A stretch of DNA of 64,000 bases from Nostoc sp. DedSLP01 (GTDB lineage: Bacteria > Cyanobacteriota > Cyanobacteriia > Cyanobacteriales > Nostocaceae), in assembly GCA_034530875.2 (NCBI GenBank), contig JAVRCJ020000005.1:177805-241804 (forward strand). Reading direction: 5' to 3'. The notes under the pieces were generated by a model. It saw only the letters and a program-made list of their open reading frames with translations, ran no database searches and was not told the DNA's origin. Made by a program: the position numbers and the translations under genes. This document shows, piece after piece, positions 61,552-64,000 of the stretch; within the stretch, counting starts at the first letter, position 1; every line of letters starts with the position of its first letter.

Positions 61552-62358
61552 ATGATAATTTCGCTTAAAGATAATTCAACTTGGTTGCAAGTGCGGCGCT
61601 ACTGGGAATTGCTGCACGTTTTGGTAGGGCGGAATCTCAAAGTGCGTTATCGAGGTTCCTTATTGGGCGTTTATTGGTCGCTGTTCAATCCGTTGATCAT
61701 GACCGGGTTGTACACAGCAATTTTCGGCGCTACTTTTTCCTCTTATTACGGTAACTCAATACTGAACTACGTATTGGCAGCTTTTACCGGACTGGTAGTC
61801 ATTAATTTCTTCTCAGCTTCTACCTCCCAAGCATTGATTAGTGTAGTCGGCAACGGCTCGCTTTTGAATAAAATTAGTTTGCCAGTCAGCGTTTTTCCTG
61901 TATCAATGATTGGTGCAAACATATTTCAGTTTTTAGTAGGGACATTTCCCTTGCTGGCATTAATAACTTTGGTTAATTCCAAGAGTTTAGTTAATGTATT
62001 GGCGCTAGTATTTCCCTTTGTAGCCTTAGCTTTAGTTTGTACGGGAATAGGTTTTTTAGTCAGTGCTTTATACGTATTTTTTAGAGACTTGCCTTATTTT
62101 TACGAGCTAGTTGTATTTGTAATGTGGCTCAGTAGCCCTATCTTTTATCCAGCAGCTATTGTTCCACCGCAAGTAAGAGAGTTTTTACGTCTCAATCCGT
62201 TATCACCAATTATTGAAAGTCTGCGTCAGATTACATTATCAGGTTCTCTACCAAATTTAGGTTTAATTTGGGGTTCTTTACTCAGTGGGGTAATTATTTT
62301 AGCCTTGGGGTGGACTTGTTTTCACTTGTGGCGACATCAATTCATGGATTTGCTGTAA
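61552..62358 (+). CDS. Polysaccharide ABC exporter permease (Wzm-like)
   Basis: LKVRYRGSLLG..W..NPL, FRDL, PIFYP, LNPL. Confidence 0.9.
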   Translation: MIISLKDNSTWLQVRRYWELLHVLVGRNLKVRYRGSLLGVYWSLFNPLIMTGLYTAIFGATFSSYYGNSILNYVLAAFTGLVVINFFSASTSQALISVVGNGSLLNKISLPVSVFPVSMIGANIFQFLVGTFPLLALITLVNSKSLVNVLALVFPFVALALVCTGIGFLVSALYVFFRDLPYFYELVVFVMWLSSPIFYPAAIVPPQVREFLRLNPLSPIIESLRQITLSGSLPNLGLIWGSLLSGVIILALGWTCFHLWRHQFMDLL

Positions 62359-63102
62359 ATGGAAGTAATTCGCCTAGATAATGTTTCGCTGTTGCGACGG
62401 ACACAAGAAGAGTTTTCTTATGACCTTAAGAAGACAATCTTATCATTTTTCGAGGGTAAATATCGCCAACCCGTGCAAAAATTGGTGCTAGACGAAATTA
62501 ATCTGGTCGTAAATTCCGGTGAAAAACTAGGAATTATTGGTGCTAATGGTTCGGGAAAGTCAACGCTACTGAAGGTGATTTGTGGAATTTTACAGCCGAC
62601 AAGTGGTGTTGTCAGAGTACGAGGTCATATTGCGCCGTTGATAGAGCTTGGGGCGGGATTTGATTCAGATATTTCGGTGATAGATAATATTCTGCTGTAC
62701 GGGGTCTTACTCGGATATTCTCGCAAAGAAATGCAGCAAAGAACGCGTTCAATCTTAGAGTTTGCAGAGTTAGAAAATTACGCCTTAGTACCGCTTAAGG
62801 GACTATCTTCTGGTATGGTAGCGCGATTAGGATTTGCGATCGCCACCGATGTACAACCCGATATCTTGATATTAGATGAAGTCTTATCAGTAGGAGACGA
62901 AAAATTTAAAAATAAGTGCAAGCAAAGAATTGATAATTTTTGGGATGGCAATTCAACAGTATTAGTAGTTTCACACGATTTGGACTTTCTTGTAAAATAT
63001 TGCAATCGTTTAGTTTGGTTAGATAAAGGAAGGGTAAACTTTATCGGTAATGCTGAAGAAGCAGTCAAAAACTATTTGAATAAACTCAGTATACAGGAAT
63101 AA
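62359..63102 (+). CDS. Polysaccharide ABC exporter ATPase (Wzt-like, no C-terminal CBM)
   Basis: GANGSGKST, LSSGM, ILDEVLSVGD, VSHD. Confidence 0.92.
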   Translation: MEVIRLDNVSLLRRTQEEFSYDLKKTILSFFEGKYRQPVQKLVLDEINLVVNSGEKLGIIGANGSGKSTLLKVICGILQPTSGVVRVRGHIAPLIELGAGFDSDISVIDNILLYGVLLGYSRKEMQQRTRSILEFAELENYALVPLKGLSSGMVARLGFAIATDVQPDILILDEVLSVGDEKFKNKCKQRIDNFWDGNSTVLVVSHDLDFLVKYCNRLVWLDKGRVNFIGNAEEAVKNYLNKLSIQE

Positions 63103-63108
63103 TCTAAC

Positions 63109-64000
63109 ATGCTGGAATTTGAATATCAAAACTTTTACGATGAAAATTATTATCTCAAGATGGTTCCTGGCATTCCTTATGATAGGACAGCTAACGATGG
63201 GCATTGGCTGCGCTTTTTTAATGCAGTTGCAGATAAACTAGTAAATTATGTTTCCCCCAGTTCAGTTTTAGATGTTGGTTGCGCCAAAGGTTTTTTAGTA
63301 GAAGCCTTTCATAATAGAGGTATTACCGTACACGGGTTTGATTATTCTGAATTCGCCATATCTTGTGTCAGACAAGATTTAAAATCCTCTGTTTTTGTTG
63401 CTTCTGCTGCTGATTCTAATGCTTTCCAAAAAACTCAATACCGTTATGATTTAATCACATGTATTGAAGTGGTAGAACACATGCCAAGAAATGAGGCATT
63501 AGATGCAATTAAAAATATGTGTGAGTATGGGAAAATCATATTTTTCTCATCTACTTCTGAAGATTTTGCCGAGCCAACACATTTAACAGTTTTACCTCGG
63601 ATTAATTGGCTGAAAATATTTCTAAATCATGGCTTTATCCCTGATTATAATTTTGATATATACGATTTAGTTCCTCATGGCATTTTATTAAGAAGAATAG
63701 GTGAAGATAAAATTACAGAAATTAGCAAGCTTCTGGAATTGAGTGAATTGTATGTTGCCGAATTAAAAAACGAGATCGAAAATCAAAATAAGATTAATTC
63801 ACAAATAATAAATTTAGAACATAAGGTTAATTTAACCCAAGCAGAATTAGAAAACTCTCAACACCAACTCCAAACAACCCAAGCAGAATTAGAAAACTCT
63901 CAGCATCAACTCCAAACAACCCAAGCAGAATTAGAAAACTCTCAGCATCAACTCCAAGCAACCCAAGCAGAATTAGAAAACTCTCAGCATCAACTCCAAG
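63109..64000 (+). CDS. Class I SAM methyltransferase with coiled-coil repeat region (runs off the window)
   Basis: VLDVGCAKG, CIEVVEH; absent from the ORF track because there is no stop in the window. Confidence 0.85.
   Translation, partial: MLEFEYQNFYDENYYLKMVPGIPYDRTANDGHWLRFFNAVADKLVNYVSPSSVLDVGCAKGFLVEAFHNRGITVHGFDYSEFAISCVRQDLKSSVFVASAADSNAFQKTQYRYDLITCIEVVEHMPRNEALDAIKNMCEYGKIIFFSSTSEDFAEPTHLTVLPRINWLKIFLNHGFIPDYNFDIYDLVPHGILLRRIGEDKITEISKLLELSELYVAELKNEIENQNKINSQIINLEHKVNLTQAELENSQHQLQTTQAELENSQHQLQTTQAELENSQHQLQATQAELENSQHQLQ
63835..64000 (+). repeat. 42-bp coding tandem repeat (TQAELENSQHQLQT)
   Basis: Units start at 63835, 63877, 63919 and 63961. Confidence 0.95.

Noticed and set aside
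1014..63204. Many 60-160 aa ORFs antisense to or overlapping real genes, or made of STRR repeats
   Set aside because: Shadow frames and repeat translations without independent support
63835..64000. Regular 42-bp repeats as a CRISPR array
   Set aside because: No unique spacers; in-frame coding repeat

Overview
Chromosomal window from a filamentous cyanobacterium, probably Nostocales (frequent HIP1 GCGATCGC, heptameric STRR arrays, psbU, chlG, btpA, petP). About 2.9-18.5 kb, directly downstream of lexA, is a DNA phosphorothioation (Dnd) defence island. It holds dndB-like (DGQHR), dndC, dndD, dndE and a Dnd-associated methyltransferase. It also holds a PbeABCD-like effector set: a nuclease-less SF2 helicase, an unannotated 57-aa protein, a CxC zinc-hook Rad50/SMC-like ATPase and Dnd-associated protein 4. 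A sulfur-binding-domain-like HNH nuclease follows, and several cassettes are inserted (PD-(D/E)XK gene, damaged MNT-HEPN pair, HTH/small-gene pair with twin operators, four-helix-bundle gene bracketed by inverted heptamer arrays). No dndA or dndFGH is visible. The remainder is mostly housekeeping, photosynthesis and signalling genes with many small repeats, IS remnants, a candidate secreted peptide downstream of a CHASE2-PAS-GGDEF gene, a structured GC-rich leader before rimO and a DEAD-box helicase, and the start of a wzm/wzt polysaccharide locus. All family calls come from motif recognition by eye; no database searches were run.
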